From positions 212,598,001 through 212,662,000 of the forward strand of contig OZ024743.1 of NCBI GenBank assembly GCA_964016885.1: a stretch of DNA of 64,000 nucleotides, in the 5' to 3' direction. The notes beneath the pieces were generated by a model, which saw nothing but the letters and a program-made list of their open reading frames with translations, was not told where the DNA came from and made no database searches. Shown here piece by piece: positions 1 through 14,764 of this stretch. The stretch's first letter is position 1; the number at the start of each line of letters is the position of its first letter. The position numbers were made by a program, and so were the translations under genes. Source of the stretch: Eledone cirrhosa (Eukaryota).

Positions 1-885
<885 letters not shown>

Positions 886-1072
886 GGTTTGAGGTTCACC
901 ACTGGATAGAGCTGGTCAATTTCGTATGGTCAATCGCAATGTAATAATATAGAGAGTACTCAACGTAAAGCAGTTGAACCGTCTTTGTTTTTCTAGTTGG
1001 TGGTGCTATTACGGAATTAAATATTAAAATGAAATGACAGGAGGCTGGATTTGTGTAAATCCTTGAAAGGTT

Positions 1073-1140
1073 TATTATACTATGATCATTTCAATGACCG
1101 TGTTCCGTATGAATCCGGTGATATCATCAGGTATTCGAAA
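1073..1140 (-). ncRNA. Minimal type I hammerhead ribozyme motif
   Basis: Minus strand reads auac CUGAUGA uaucaccg...cggucauu GAAA ugauca UA guau. Stem I is 4 bp, stem II forms, stem III loop is palindromic (UGAUCA). Confidence 0.75.
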
Positions 1141-1168
1141 TATAATACGTAAATGTAATAGATAAATT

Positions 1169-1435
1169 CCATGGGGCTGAAAATCAAAGACCCGAGGGCG
1201 ACCGCCATCCAGCATCTTCTATATTTGCCGGTCGCCTGTCATTTCATTATAATTATATATATATATATATGTTTTATATATATATATATATATATATGTT
1301 TTATATATATATATATATATATATAAAACTTATATATATATATATATAATTATAATGAAATGACAGGCGACCGGCAAATGTAGAAGATGTTGGATGGCGG
1401 TCGCCCTCGGGTCCTTGATTTTCAGCCCCATGGAT
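1169..1435. repeat. About 85-bp inverted duplication around a (TA)n spacer
   Basis: 1169-1255 is the reverse complement of about 1347-1433, with a few substitutions. Confidence 0.9.
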
Positions 1436-1449
1436 TTATATATATATAT

Positions 1450-1666
<217 letters not shown>

Positions 1667-1679
1667 TTATATATAAGTT

Positions 1680-1719
<40 letters not shown>

Positions 1720-1721
<2 letters not shown>

Positions 1722-3047
1722 GATATTAATAAATGGAAGCTATATTTATAAAACCATATTTATTTCATTATACATATTTCAGGGATACCACATTAAATTA
1801 CAATATATAACAGTTTTACAAATTGGTTTGACGTACCCTTTAAAATACAACCATTACTTTTGGAGGCTGTCTGGATAGTGATTCGTTCATATAATAAGTC
1901 ATAGTGTTAAGCACAATTAGAAAAAGACGGAGAGAAAGAAAGAGAAAAGAACAAAGACATATCTATGTGGTTGAGATGTATGTTGCAGATGTGCATAATA
2001 TTAAACACATGAATGGTAATCGTATATATGAGGACAGGATTGTTAATCGTATATATTTGTATATATATATACTGTGAAACCTTTATAACACAATGAGTGT
2101 ATAGCAGTGATTAAGAGAAATTATTTACGTTTTGTATGGCTATATTGTTGGCTTGAGTAAACATAATTTCTATTTTCAGGACGTGCGTATCTATATGTAT
2201 GTATATATACATATATATTTGTATGTTTTTGCATAAAATACTAATCTCTATACCAAGGGTACATTTTGAACTCAGATTTTGGTATATTGATCTCAAGTTT
2301 CTAAACTAAACATATGGTCATTATTGAACAATGTTTAATTTTTCATATTATATATCTATGTCCCATTCATAAATATTGATACTTATATTTATATTTTTAT
2401 TATTCATTTCATATAAATTGTTAACTTAACTTAATATGACATGACGTAAAGTCGTCACTGTCCCCCTCTCTCTATATAGTATTTCTCTCTCTTGAGTTTC
2501 TCTTTCTGTATGATGACTTGACATCTCTCTGTGGCTTTCTTTTGTTTTTCTTATTCCTTAGTTTTTCTTATTCCTTCCTTTTCTTTCTTTTTTATTTTTT
2601 ATTTCCTCATATATTTATATATCTCTTTCTTTTCTCCATACTTTTCTCTCTCCGACATTTCTCCAGGTTTTCTTTCTCTTTTCTTTCTCTCTCTCTGCCT
2701 TTGTTCTTTTCTCTTTCTTTCTCTCCGTATTTTTCTAATTGTGCTTAACAATATGACTTATTATATGAACAAATCACTATCCAGACAGCCTCCAAAAGTA
2801 ATGGTTGTATTTTAAAGGGTACGTCAAACCTATTTGTAAAACTGTTATATATTGTATTTTGTCTGATGAAGGCATACTATAATTTAATGTGGTATCCCTG
2901 AAATATGTATAATGAAATAAATATGGTTTTATAAATATAGTTTCCATTTATTAATATCGTATATCTACTCCAAAAATTTGTCGAGTGCTTTATATCAGTT
3001 ATAAAAATATTTACTTGTTGTATCCCAACAATTTTAAATAGAACTTT

Positions 3048-3050
<3 letters not shown>
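1720..3050 (+). mobile_element. Non-coding 3' end (pseudo-LTR) of PLE family A with an inverted terminal copy at about 1720-1955
   Basis: About 1975-2960 aligns with about 18850-19806, downstream of the PLE RT ORF. 1720-1955 is the reverse complement of about 2700-2960 with a deletion. Both ends abut (TA)n. Confidence 0.85.
2855..2919 (+). ncRNA. Type I hammerhead ribozyme, family A
   Basis: uauuuugu CUGAUGA aggcauac...guaucccu GAAA uaugua UA augaaaua; stem I 8 bp including G-U pairs. Confidence 0.85.
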
Positions 3051-4180
<1,130 letters not shown>

Positions 4181-4317
4181 TACTTTGGGAGGGTCATGTT
4201 GCTAATAAGAAACACACGCACCAATTACTTTCACTTCAATTTATTATAATAAATTTATAAATTTATAAATTTCTGGTTGGTTGGTTGGTTCCACAACCAG
4301 ATAGTTGTTTATATATT

Positions 4318-4360
4318 GTCATAGTTCTTTCGTCACGCACTCTGTGACCTCTTCAATGAC
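4318..4360 (-). ncRNA. Hammerhead-like motif (C3->U variant) in the 3' UTR of a PLE
   Basis: guca UUGAAGA g gucac-agagugc-gugac GAAA gaac UA ugac, about 200 nt downstream of the ORF stop. Confidence 0.7.
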
Positions 4361-4561
4361 TGGGGATTCTTTTCTTTGTTTTTGTGCCTCTCCTTTGTTC
4401 TGTCCTACGCCATTTTGTTTCTGTGTGTGTGTTGTGTGCTCAGTCTGCGCATGCACCACATCCGGGTGTCTGTGTGTGTTTATGTTCATTTATTTATTTG
4501 TTTATTTACAAGTTACTGTTTGGTTGTTTGTTCTATGTGTGTGTGTGTTTTCATTTTGTCC

Positions 4562-6035
4562 TTAATTGTAAGTTGTGATGTTGCTGTTCCACTCATATTT
4601 TCTATTTAATTTTGGTTGTAATTCTTTTATGTTTATTGCCTCTGTGATTTGTCTAAACATTGCGTCTTTTCTGTGTGTAGATTCTATTTTTATTTCTATG
4701 TTCTCTAATTTACCCTTGTGTTCTATTTTAGCATGTTGGTAGAGTGCGAATGATTCTTTACTATCTTGAAGGTCTCGCCAGTGTTCATTTATCCGTTCCC
4801 CTACACTACGAGCTGTCTCACCTATGTACACTATATTTTTGTCTCTACATTGTCCTTCAGTACATCTTAAGCTATACACTACATTTCTAGTTTTACAGTT
4901 AATATGGGGGCTTATTTTACAGGTTATACATTTCTTATCTATACATGAGGGTCTTTGAAAAGGGTATGTCTTGCTAATAAGTGTTTTTACGGAGGTACCT
5001 GGTCTTTCTACTATCTTAATATTGAGTTTATGTTTATCTAGGGCCCTTCTAAATTTGTAAGCTAATTCACCTCTAGGGGTTATATCGATGAACATTACAC
5101 TCTGGTATTTATTGCTATCATACCATGAGTTTATTCTATTAGCCTTGTTCCTAGTTCTCTCTATTCTATTCCAAAATTTGCTCCTATACAAGGGGCAGGT
5201 CCCATTTATGTCATTATTTACCATTTTTTCCCATTTGGTTCTGGCTCCTCTATACACTCTGATTTTATCTCTCTGATTGTAGCCAGAGAACTGCATACGG
5301 TGGATGAAGTGTTGTATGTGTCTCTCTAGTTCTTCGGGGTTGCACATGCGGGACACGTTTCTCATCACCCGTACCAAATCCGCAATCAGTATGTTGATTT
5401 TGGTATGGTCCGAAACGGCCGAGTTTCGGTGGATCAGATATTTGGAAGTCATGGGTTTGGCATAATGGGAATGGAGGATTTGTTTTTTGTTATTAATGGT
5501 ATCTAACCAGAGCTCTGTGTCTAGTACAGGTAATCGATGGTTGGGGTGTTTACTTGGGTAGTCTATAGTAACTCTAATACTCTGGTGGATGGAGTTAGCT
5601 ATTTGCTGGATGCTTTCCATTGTGTTTTTCTCTAGTTCCTGACTGTTCTCTAGTGGGGGTGTCTTCACTACGATGTTTATATCATCAACGTAGCGGGAGT
5701 ACATTATCAGGGTTACGGGGTCTTCTAATTGTTCTTTAACTTTAAGTTTAAGTCTACTGTCCCACCATACCATGAATAAGTTAGCTATGTCGCCTGCAAT
5801 GCTAATACCAATGGCTGCTCCTTCCTCTTGGGCATATGTTTTTCCATTAAATTTGAACATATGTTCCTTAAGGGTTAGTTTTATGCTGGCCCCTACCGCA
5901 TGTGCAATCATTTTCTTCAGTTCATCGTGGTTTTCGGGTGTCCGTATGGCTCTGGTCCACCCGTTCCATCTATCTGTGTGGGTTTTCTTGGCCATTGAGG
6001 TAATGGTAGGTGGTCTGCCTCTTGCTGGTCTATGT
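4562..6035 (-). mobile_element. 5'-truncated Penelope-like element: RT C-terminal half plus GIY-YIG endonuclease (open frame 4562-5995); element extends to about 4181
   Basis: QEEGAAIG, RYVDD, LPVLD motifs; Cys linker CxxxxCxxC; NVVY...VYIGETARSVGERINEH; RQITEA...LN. Confidence 0.95.
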
Positions 6036-6054
6036 TTATATATATATATATATA

Positions 6055-7310
6055 CTTATCACAGACAGAATAGGAGACACCAGACGCAAGAGACAGAGAA
6101 GCACCCAAGGTAAGTGCTTCCTTAAAATGCCACACCTGGGCGAGAAAACCACCAACGCTATCCGCAAGGCTATACGGAGGGAGGGCCTCGACATCCACCT
6201 GGCCCACTCGGGCCCCTCCCTGCGAAGATGCCTCTCCAGGAAACCCGAAATATCTACTGACGCATGCTCCCTCAGAGACTGCCCGATACACCATGCTAAC
6301 TGTTGCCTACGCACATACGTCGTGTATAAGATAGAATGTGACAGGTGCAACCAATACTACATAGGTAGCACAATTCGACCTTTGCACATCCGGATCAAGG
6401 AACACATTAAAACCAGGGCCTCGTCTTTCCGGAAACACATAGACAAATGCGGAAACAAAGACGGAAGGCCCATTGTCACAATTCTAGCGACTGAAAGAAA
6501 CGTCGGCACGTTACGTATTAAGGAAGCGCTTCTTATCAAACAATTGCAACCGCAAATAAACAACCGATTAGAGAGAAGCGAAATGAAATGGCTGGTTAAC
6601 AAGCGATACAACAACACACAACACACGCACACACACACACACACGCGCAAACGAGACAACTACACACACACGCACACACACACACAGTAGCATTCCACCA
6701 TACGAACATACTACACTGCCAATACAGATGAACAAGGCAACAACACACGCACACACACACACACACACACTCAAGCGAGACAACAACACACGCACACACA
6801 CACACAGTAACATTTAACAAACAGGCAGAGAATGGACTGACAGCTAGCGCCATCCCACTCCCTCATTCGGCCGCTGACCTCTGTACGACCGACCCCATTT
6901 CACGCGCACGCGCGCTCGGCCGAATACCTCAGATATTCAAATCAACAAACAGCGAAAGACGCGTTCCGAGTTGTCCCGACAGACAACCTTTTCCCCCACC
7001 CCGGAAAAAACCCCAGTTGATGGATGTGAATCCGAAATATATAGGGACTATTAAATCTCTCCCAAGGTAACTCTCTCTCTTGTGTTGTTATTATTATTTT
7101 ATTCTTTTACTCTTCCCTTCATTCTACACATCTCACACATCTTATACACACCACACATCTCAACGTACACCCACTTACATATCTCTCTCTCCACCACCGG
7201 ACCTTGTTACCCGGAGATTTACCCATTTGCATTGTCGAGGCTTCCAAACGACTTATAAATATTTACTTATTGTTCCACAATGCTTCAAGCAAACTTCAAT
7301 ACTCTCTTAT
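6055..7310 (+). mobile_element. 5'-truncated Penelope-like element: GIY-YIG region (about 6055-6620) plus 3' UTR/pseudo-LTR
   Basis: YVVYKIECDRCNQYYIGSTIRPLHIRIKEH, IKEALLI...INN. Ends cacaatgcttcaagcaaacttcaatactctcttat against (TA)n. Confidence 0.9.
7011..7046 (+). ncRNA. Non-canonical hammerhead-like motif
   Basis: ccc CAGUUGA u ggau-GUGA-aucc GAAA uaua UA ggg; stem II covaries with the copies at 15866 and 16222. Confidence 0.5.
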
Positions 7311-7331
7311 ACATATATATGTTTATATATA

Positions 7332-7397
<66 letters not shown>

Positions 7398-7429
7398 CAT
7401 ATATATATTTATATATATATATATATATA

Positions 7430-7461
<32 letters not shown>

Positions 7462-7731
7462 AAATGTAAGTATGTATGTATACGTACATACATATATGTA
7501 TACAGACGTACAGTAGCATGCATACATATACATATATATATATATACATACATATACATATATATACATATATGCATACAGGTACACATACATATATGCA
7601 CGCATCAGTTTAGCGGACGTTTATTACAACGCCGCTTTGTTCGTTTGTTTGTCAACAAACCGAACAGCCTGAATTTATGCCATACGGTGTTAAGGCAACC
7701 ACGTCACCTTTTTGTTCAACACTGACACAGG

Positions 7732-7777
7732 AACGATGTACTAGTTTCAAGCTTGTTAGCTATCATCAGCACCGTTT
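7732..7777 (-). ncRNA. Minimal type I hammerhead (492-bp unit)
   Basis: aacggug CUGAUGA u-agcu-aaca-agcu-u GAAA CUAG UA caucguu. Confidence 0.88.
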
Positions 7778-8223
7778 ACCCATCTGCCAGATAGTTGAAC
7801 GTTCGAAAGTATATACTTTCCTTATGAAAATTAACGGCTGAGCAGCCTAATTTGCATATTGAGTGAGTTAAATCGGTCAGGCATACCGAAAACGATAAGT
7901 TGAAAAAAATGAAAACGAAATTTCATTTCTCACTCTTAGTATGGCACTTACTTAAATGTAAGTATGTATGTATACGTACATACATATATGTATACAGACG
8001 TACAGTAGCATGCATACATATACATATATATATATATACATACATATACATATATATACATATATGCATACAGGTACACATACATATATGCACGCATCAG
8101 TTTAGCGGACGTTTATTACAACGCCGCTTTGTTCGTTTGTTTGTCAACAAACCGAACAGCCTGAATTTATGCCATACGGTGTTAAGGCAACCACGTCACC
8201 TTTTTGTTCAACACTGACACAGG

Positions 8224-8269
8224 AACGATGTACTAGTTTCAAGCTTGTTAGCTATCATCAGCACCGTTT
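8224..8269 (-). ncRNA. Minimal type I hammerhead (492-bp unit)
   Basis: Identical motif, 492 bp from the previous copy. Confidence 0.88.
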
Positions 8270-8717
8270 ACCCATCTGCCAGATAGTTGAACGTTCGAAA
8301 GTATATACTTTCCTTATGAAAATTAACGGCTGAGCAGCCTAATTTGCATATTGAGTGAGTTAAATCGGTCAGGCATACCGAAAACGATAAGTTGAAAAAA
8401 ATGAAAACGAAATTTCATTTCTCACTCTTAGTATGGCACTTACTTAAATGTAAGTATGTATGTATACGTACATACATATATGTATACAGACGTACAGTAG
8501 CATGCATACATATACATATATATATATATATACATACATATACATATATATACATATATGCATACAGGTACACATACATATATGCACGCATCAGTTTAGC
8601 GGACGTTTATTACAACGCCGCTTTGTTCGTTTGTTTGTCAACAAACCGAACAGCCTGAATTTATGCCATACGGTGTTAAGGCAACCACGTCACCTTTTTG
8701 TTCAACACTGACACAGG

Positions 8718-8763
8718 AACGATGTACTAGTTTCAAGCTTGTTAGCTATCATCAGCACCGTTT
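8718..8763 (-). ncRNA. Minimal type I hammerhead (492-bp unit)
   Basis: Identical motif; offset 494 because of an extra dinucleotide. Confidence 0.88.
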
Positions 8764-9224
8764 ACCCATCTGCCAGATAGTTGAACGTTCGAAAGTATAT
8801 ACTTTCCTTATGAAAATTAACACCGTATGGCATAAATTCAGGCTGTTCGGTTTGTTGACAAACAAACGAACAAAGCGGCGTTGTAATAAACGTCCGCTAA
8901 ACTGATGCGTGCATATATGTATGTGTACCTGTATGCATATATGTATATATATGTATATGTATGTATATATATATATATGTATATGTATGCATGCTACTGT
9001 ACGTCTGTATACATATATGTATGTACGTATACATACATACTTACATTTAAGTAAGTGCCATACTAAGAGTGAGAAATGAAATTTCGTTTTCATTTTTTTC
9101 AACTTATCGTTTTCGGTATGCCTGACCGATTTAACTCACTCAATATGCAAATTAGGCTGCTCAGCCGTTAATTTTCATAAGGAAAGTATATACTTTCGAA
9201 CGTTCAACTATCTGGCAGATGGGT

Positions 9225-9270
9225 AAACGGTGCTGATGATAGCTAACAAGCTTGAAACTAGTACATCGTT
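9225..9270 (+). ncRNA. Minimal type I hammerhead (492-bp unit)
   Basis: CTGATGA 9233-9239, GAAA 9254-9257, predicted GUA cleavage after 9263. Confidence 0.88.
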
Positions 9271-9716
9271 CCTGTGTCAGTGTTGAACAAAAAGGTGACG
9301 TGGTTGCCTTAACACCGTATGGCATAAATTCAGGCTGTTCGGTTTGTTGACAAACAAACGAACAAAGCGGCGTTGTAATAAACGTCCGCTAAACTAATGC
9401 GTGCATATATGTATGTGTACCTGTATGCATATATGTATATATATGTATATGTATGTATATATATATATATGTATATGTATGCATGCTACTGTACGTCTGT
9501 ATACATATATGTATGTACGTATACATACATACTTACATTTAAGTAAGTGCCATACTAAGAGTGAGAAATGAAATTTCGTTTTCATTTTTTTCAACTTATC
9601 GTTTTCGGTATGCCTGACCGATTTAACTCACTCAATATGCAAATTAGGCTGCTCAGCCGTTAATTTTCATAAGGAAAGTATATACTTTCGAACGTTCAAC
9701 TATCTGGCAGATGGGT

Positions 9717-9762
9717 AAACGGTGCTGATGATAGCTAACAAGCTTGAAACTAGTACATCGTT
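9717..9762 (+). ncRNA. Minimal type I hammerhead (492-bp unit)
   Basis: CTGATGA 9725-9731, predicted cleavage after 9755. Confidence 0.88.
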
Positions 9763-10208
9763 CCTGTGTCAGTGTTGAACAAAAAGGTGACGTGGTTGCC
9801 TTAACACCGTATGGCATAAATTCAGGCTGTTCGGTTTGTTGACAAACAAACGAACAAAGCGGCGTTGTAATAAACGTCCGCTAAACTGATGCGTGCATAT
9901 ATGTATGTGTACCTGTATGCATATATGTATATATATGTATATGTATGTATATATATATATATGTATATGTATGCATGCTACTGTACGTCTGTATACATAT
10001 ATGTATGTACGTATACATACATACTTACATTTAAGTAAGTGCCATACTAAGAGTGAGAAATGAAATTTCGTTTTCATTTTTTTCAACTTATCGTTTTCGG
10101 TATGCCTGACCGATTTAACTCACTCAATATGCAAATTAGGCTGCTCAGCCGTTAATTTTCATAAGGAAAGTATATACTTTCGAACGTTCAACTATCTGGC
10201 AGATGGGT

Positions 10209-10254
10209 AAACGGTGCTGATGATAGCTAACAAGCTTGAAACTAGTACATCGTT
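10209..10254 (+). ncRNA. Minimal type I hammerhead (492-bp unit)
   Basis: CTGATGA 10217-10223, predicted cleavage after 10247. Confidence 0.88.
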
Positions 10255-10578
10255 CCTGTGTCAGTGTTGAACAAAAAGGTGACGTGGTTGCCTTAACACC
10301 GTATGGCATAAATTCAGGCTGTTCGGTTTGTTGACAAACAAACGAACAAAGCGGCGTTGTAATAAACGTCCGCTAAACTGATGCGTGCATATATGTATGT
10401 GTACCTGTATGCATATATGTATATATATGTATATGTATGTATATATATATATATGTATATGTATGCATGCTACTGTACGTCTGTATACATATATGTATGT
10501 ACGTATACATACATACTTACATTTAAGTAAGTGCCATACTAAGAGTGAGAAATGAAATTTCGTTTTCATTTTTTTCAA

Positions 10579-10580
<2 letters not shown>

Positions 10581-10641
<61 letters not shown>

Positions 10642-11276
10642 TATATAAACACATATATATATAAACATATATATATATATAAACATATATATATATATAT
10701 ATAAACATATATATATAAACATATATATATATAAACACACATATATATATATATAAACATATATATATATATATAAACATACATATATATATATATATAA
10801 ACATATATATACATATATATATATACATATATATAAACATATATATATATATATATATATATATAAACATATATATATATAAACATATATATATAAACAT
10901 ATATATATATAAACATATATATATATATATATAAACATATATCTATCTATATATATATATTTAAACATATATATATATATATATATATAAACCTATATAT
11001 ATATATATATAAACATATATATATAAACATATATATATATAATAACATATATATATATATATATGTTTATATATATATGTTTATATATATATATATGTTT
11101 ATATATATATATGTTTATATATATATATATATATATATATGTTTATATATATATATATGTTTATATATATATGTTTATATATATATATATATGTTTATAT
11201 ATATATATATATATAGATATATGTTTATATATATATATATATGTTTATATATATATATATGTTTATATATATATAT

Positions 11277-11311
<35 letters not shown>

Positions 11312-11922
11312 TATATATATATATATATGTTTATATATATATATATATGTTTATATATATATGTTTATATATATTAAGAGGACGATCGACTTTCGTCAAA
11401 TCGGACTGAGGGAACAATGTTTCCGTTGGTCTTTCCAATTGCTAATACTATCTATCGGTCGCAACTCCAGGTAGAAGGAGCAACGTGAAATAAAGTGTCT
11501 TGCTCAAGGACATAACGCATCGCCTGGTCCAGGAATCGAACTCACAACCTTACGATTGCGAATCCAATTCTCTAACCACTCAGCCACATATATGATTATA
11601 TATATATGTTTTATATATATATATATATATGTATTTTATATATATATATATATGTTTTATATATATATATATGTGTGTTTTATATATATATATATATGTT
11701 TTATATATATATATATGTTTTATATATATATATGTTTTATATATATAAACATATATATATATGTTTATATATATATATATATGTTTATATATATATATAT
11801 ATGTTTATATATATATATGTTTATATATATATATGTTTATATATATATATATGTTTATATATATATATGTTTATATATATATATATGTTTATATATATAT
11901 ATGTTTATATATATATATATAA

Positions 11923-11966
<44 letters not shown>

Positions 11967-12133
11967 ATATATATATATAAAACATATATATATATATAAA
12001 ACATATATATATATATATAAAACATATATATATATATAAACATATATATATAAACATATATATATATAAACATATATATATATAAACATATATATATATA
12101 CAAACATATATATATATAAACATATATATATAT
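10581..12133. repeat. Compound (TA)n arrays (aaaca/tgttt variants) with orientation switches
   Basis: aaacata to about 11050, then tgttta; a second switch near 11920. Confidence 0.9.
11478..11588 (-). mobile_element. tRNA-derived SINE (family 2, CORE-like), 5' part
   Basis: A box tggctgagtggtt, B box gttcgattcc, then ccttgagcaagacactt. Confidence 0.8.
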
Positions 12134-12560
12134 GAGGGTGTTAAAGTTTGCTTGAAGTATTGTGAAATCTGTTAGAACACGAAAAGTGTGAAACACAGAA
12201 TGTTCACTTTTCGTGTTCTAACATATATGCCTAGCTTCTTTAAAAATTTTTCGGGGATAGCCGTGGTGGTGATCGTATGTCATTGGCTAATTTTCAACCA
12301 ATCAGAGTACCTCTCTCTATATCTCTTCCACTGTTACTTACGCCTGTTTCTCTCTATCTGTTCCGTCTCTATTTATATCTCTTACTCTTTCGCTTTGCAC
12401 TCCTCCCCTTCAATACCATCTCTCCCCCTCTCTATATATTTGTTACTCTATCGCTGCACGCTCCTCTCCTTCAATATATCAATTACACACGCTTTAAACT
12501 CCTTTATCCCCAGCGCCCCTATATATACACCCCCCTCTCCCGCATCTATATTTTAATGTA
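12134..12560 (-). mobile_element. Decayed PLE terminal fragment
   Basis: Minus-strand end cacaatacttcaagcaaactttaacaccctc matches the termini at about 7275-7310 and 16040-16075; abuts (TA)n. Confidence 0.55.
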
Positions 12561-13563
12561 CCGTTGCACCGTGAATATATGTGTCTATATATATATACAT
12601 ATATATTGTATATACACATTCATGTATGTGTATACACATTCATGTATGTATATACACTGGTTTTATGTGTGTATTGTAAATTTGTACTGTTAAAACACGA
12701 AACTAACATTCGATTGACACTTTGATTACCTGTACAGGCAATAGTTATTAGAATGCTGTTGAAGTGTGTATATATTTTTGGGGGACATCCTGTATATACA
12801 CACATTATATATAATACAATAAACAGATAAATACACACATATATATATGAGCTTATTTAATTATAAATATTGTGAATTTTTAACTCAGTTCAATTATATA
12901 TATAAATGGCTTCTACAGGACTAGAACTGTTTCATTCGAAAGAAATCATCATAATATTGAGAGGGGGGACTAGATAAAATATTTCAAATCAAATGTGTAT
13001 AAGTTATAAGTTAAAATGTATAAATAGAGACGATAGTGGAGGTATATCTGTTTAGTGGAACAGTAGACGATAGAATTAAATACAGACGATAATCTCCCTT
13101 TAATGAAACAGCAGACGATAGAATTAAGGCAATTTAAATTTTAAGCATTTGCATTTTTGCCTTTCATCGTTACGGGGTCGATAAAATAAAGTACCAGTAA
13201 TACACTGTCACTAGACGACTTTCAAATTGAATTGTTGGTTCCATTTCTTTAGTATTTTCAATTGTAGTTATCTACTTAAAAAGCGTTACACGGTTAGAGA
13301 CATAATTCGTAAGTTATATCTTCCCTATTAAACCATTGCATTATTTCGCCTACAATAGAACAAAAATGAAATGTTCTTTAAAGAAACAGGAATATAACTT
13401 TATAAAAAAAAAAGTTGCATCCGCTTCTTTTATCATTGATAATTTTTTCGTTTTAATATTAATTGTTTTTTGTAGTTGTTTATATTAAAAATCTTACTGT
13501 AATATTTACTTAAACGAAGGCAAACATCTAAACTTATAGATTAATCTTGAGCGAAGGACTAGA

Positions 13564-13650
<87 letters not shown>

Positions 13651-14044
13651 GAAGAATGATAAAATTTCAAGCAAAGAGTTTAATTAGGTATATTTTGTAA
13701 TATTATTAACTAATTATTATAATTAACGCGCATATTTTGCTATCCTCAAACACGTTTACACATGGCATGAAATATAACTAATCCGGGATGGCTAGGTTTC
13801 ATCTTCTAACTGGATAAACGAAATCCATTATGTCTTGACAACAACATGAGGTAACATTATGTTATTCACAGACACACTTTGTACACTGTTCCATATCAGA
13901 ATGTATTTCCTTCGTCACATTCACAAACAGTATTGAAAATATGTTCTTCGGCAAATAAAAATGTTTTGTTCATAATATTTCAACTAGCGATTGCTCTACT
14001 TCACGCACGACCACCATAAATTAATGACCAGCTCAACACAAGTA

Positions 14045-14215
14045 TTGGTAGAGCGTCAGACACCATGCTTTGCAGTATTGTTATGGTCCTTTGCATTCTA
14101 AGTTCAAATCCTGCCGAGGTTAACTTCGACTTTCATACTTACTAATTCGATAAAATAAAGTACCAGTAATGGACTGCCGTAATGGATTTGTGCCGAAAAA
14201 TAGAAACACTATTAA
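14045..14215 (+). mobile_element. SINE family 1 (Nin/Deu-like central domain), diverged
   Basis: agttcaaatcctgccgaggttaac...cgataaaataaagtaccag. Confidence 0.8.
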
Positions 14216-14764
14216 TGTGCAATAAGAGCAAAATATAACGACATTGCTCAATTATTTTATCTAATGTTGTAATAACACAAGGAAATGTTGTTTGTGTATT
14301 TTTTTTTATATTTGCTCATAGGCTTTTACAATTTCGCTCAGCCAACAACTATTAAAAAGTGAGTTGCTTAAGATAACAATTTAATCACAAATTGTTGCTA
14401 TCTTTTAATACACTCCAACAAGTCATCAAATTATGTACAATAAAAACAAATCTTATTAATTTGCTCAGGGAATATAAAGAAAATGTATATACACTGATAA
14501 TTGCAAATGTATGTAAATATTTTGTTTTTGTATTGTATATTTTATGTTTTCTATTATGTATAATATATTGATTTAATATTGATTGTTTTTTGTAGTTGTT
14601 TATATTAAAAGTCTGAAAATATTTTTATACATCTTACACTAATATTTATAAGATAATTTATAATAACAATTACATAATCTAATTACATTACAACGATAAT
14701 TTATTATTAATATATATCCTGTTTAACTAGAGTTATTACAAGCGTTGCCTTAAAAAAATATTAA

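Larger units (their letters stand above)
7461..10580. repeat. 492-bp tandem repeat (about 2.8 copies, then about 3.6 inverted copies), one hammerhead per unit; non-LTR retrozyme-like
   Basis: Unit starts at 7461, 7953, 8445; inversion at 8817-8821; copies nearly identical; no credible ORF. Confidence 0.92.

Noticed and set aside
7900-10086. Repeated 105-aa ORF MKKMKTKF...
   Set aside because: Artefact of the 492-bp repeat: TTG start, runs through a microsatellite, broken in two copies.
12915-12960. Minus-strand AUGAUGA-uuucuuucgaau-GAAA-cagu-UC
   Set aside because: C3 is missing and stem I is not convincing; at best a decayed hammerhead.
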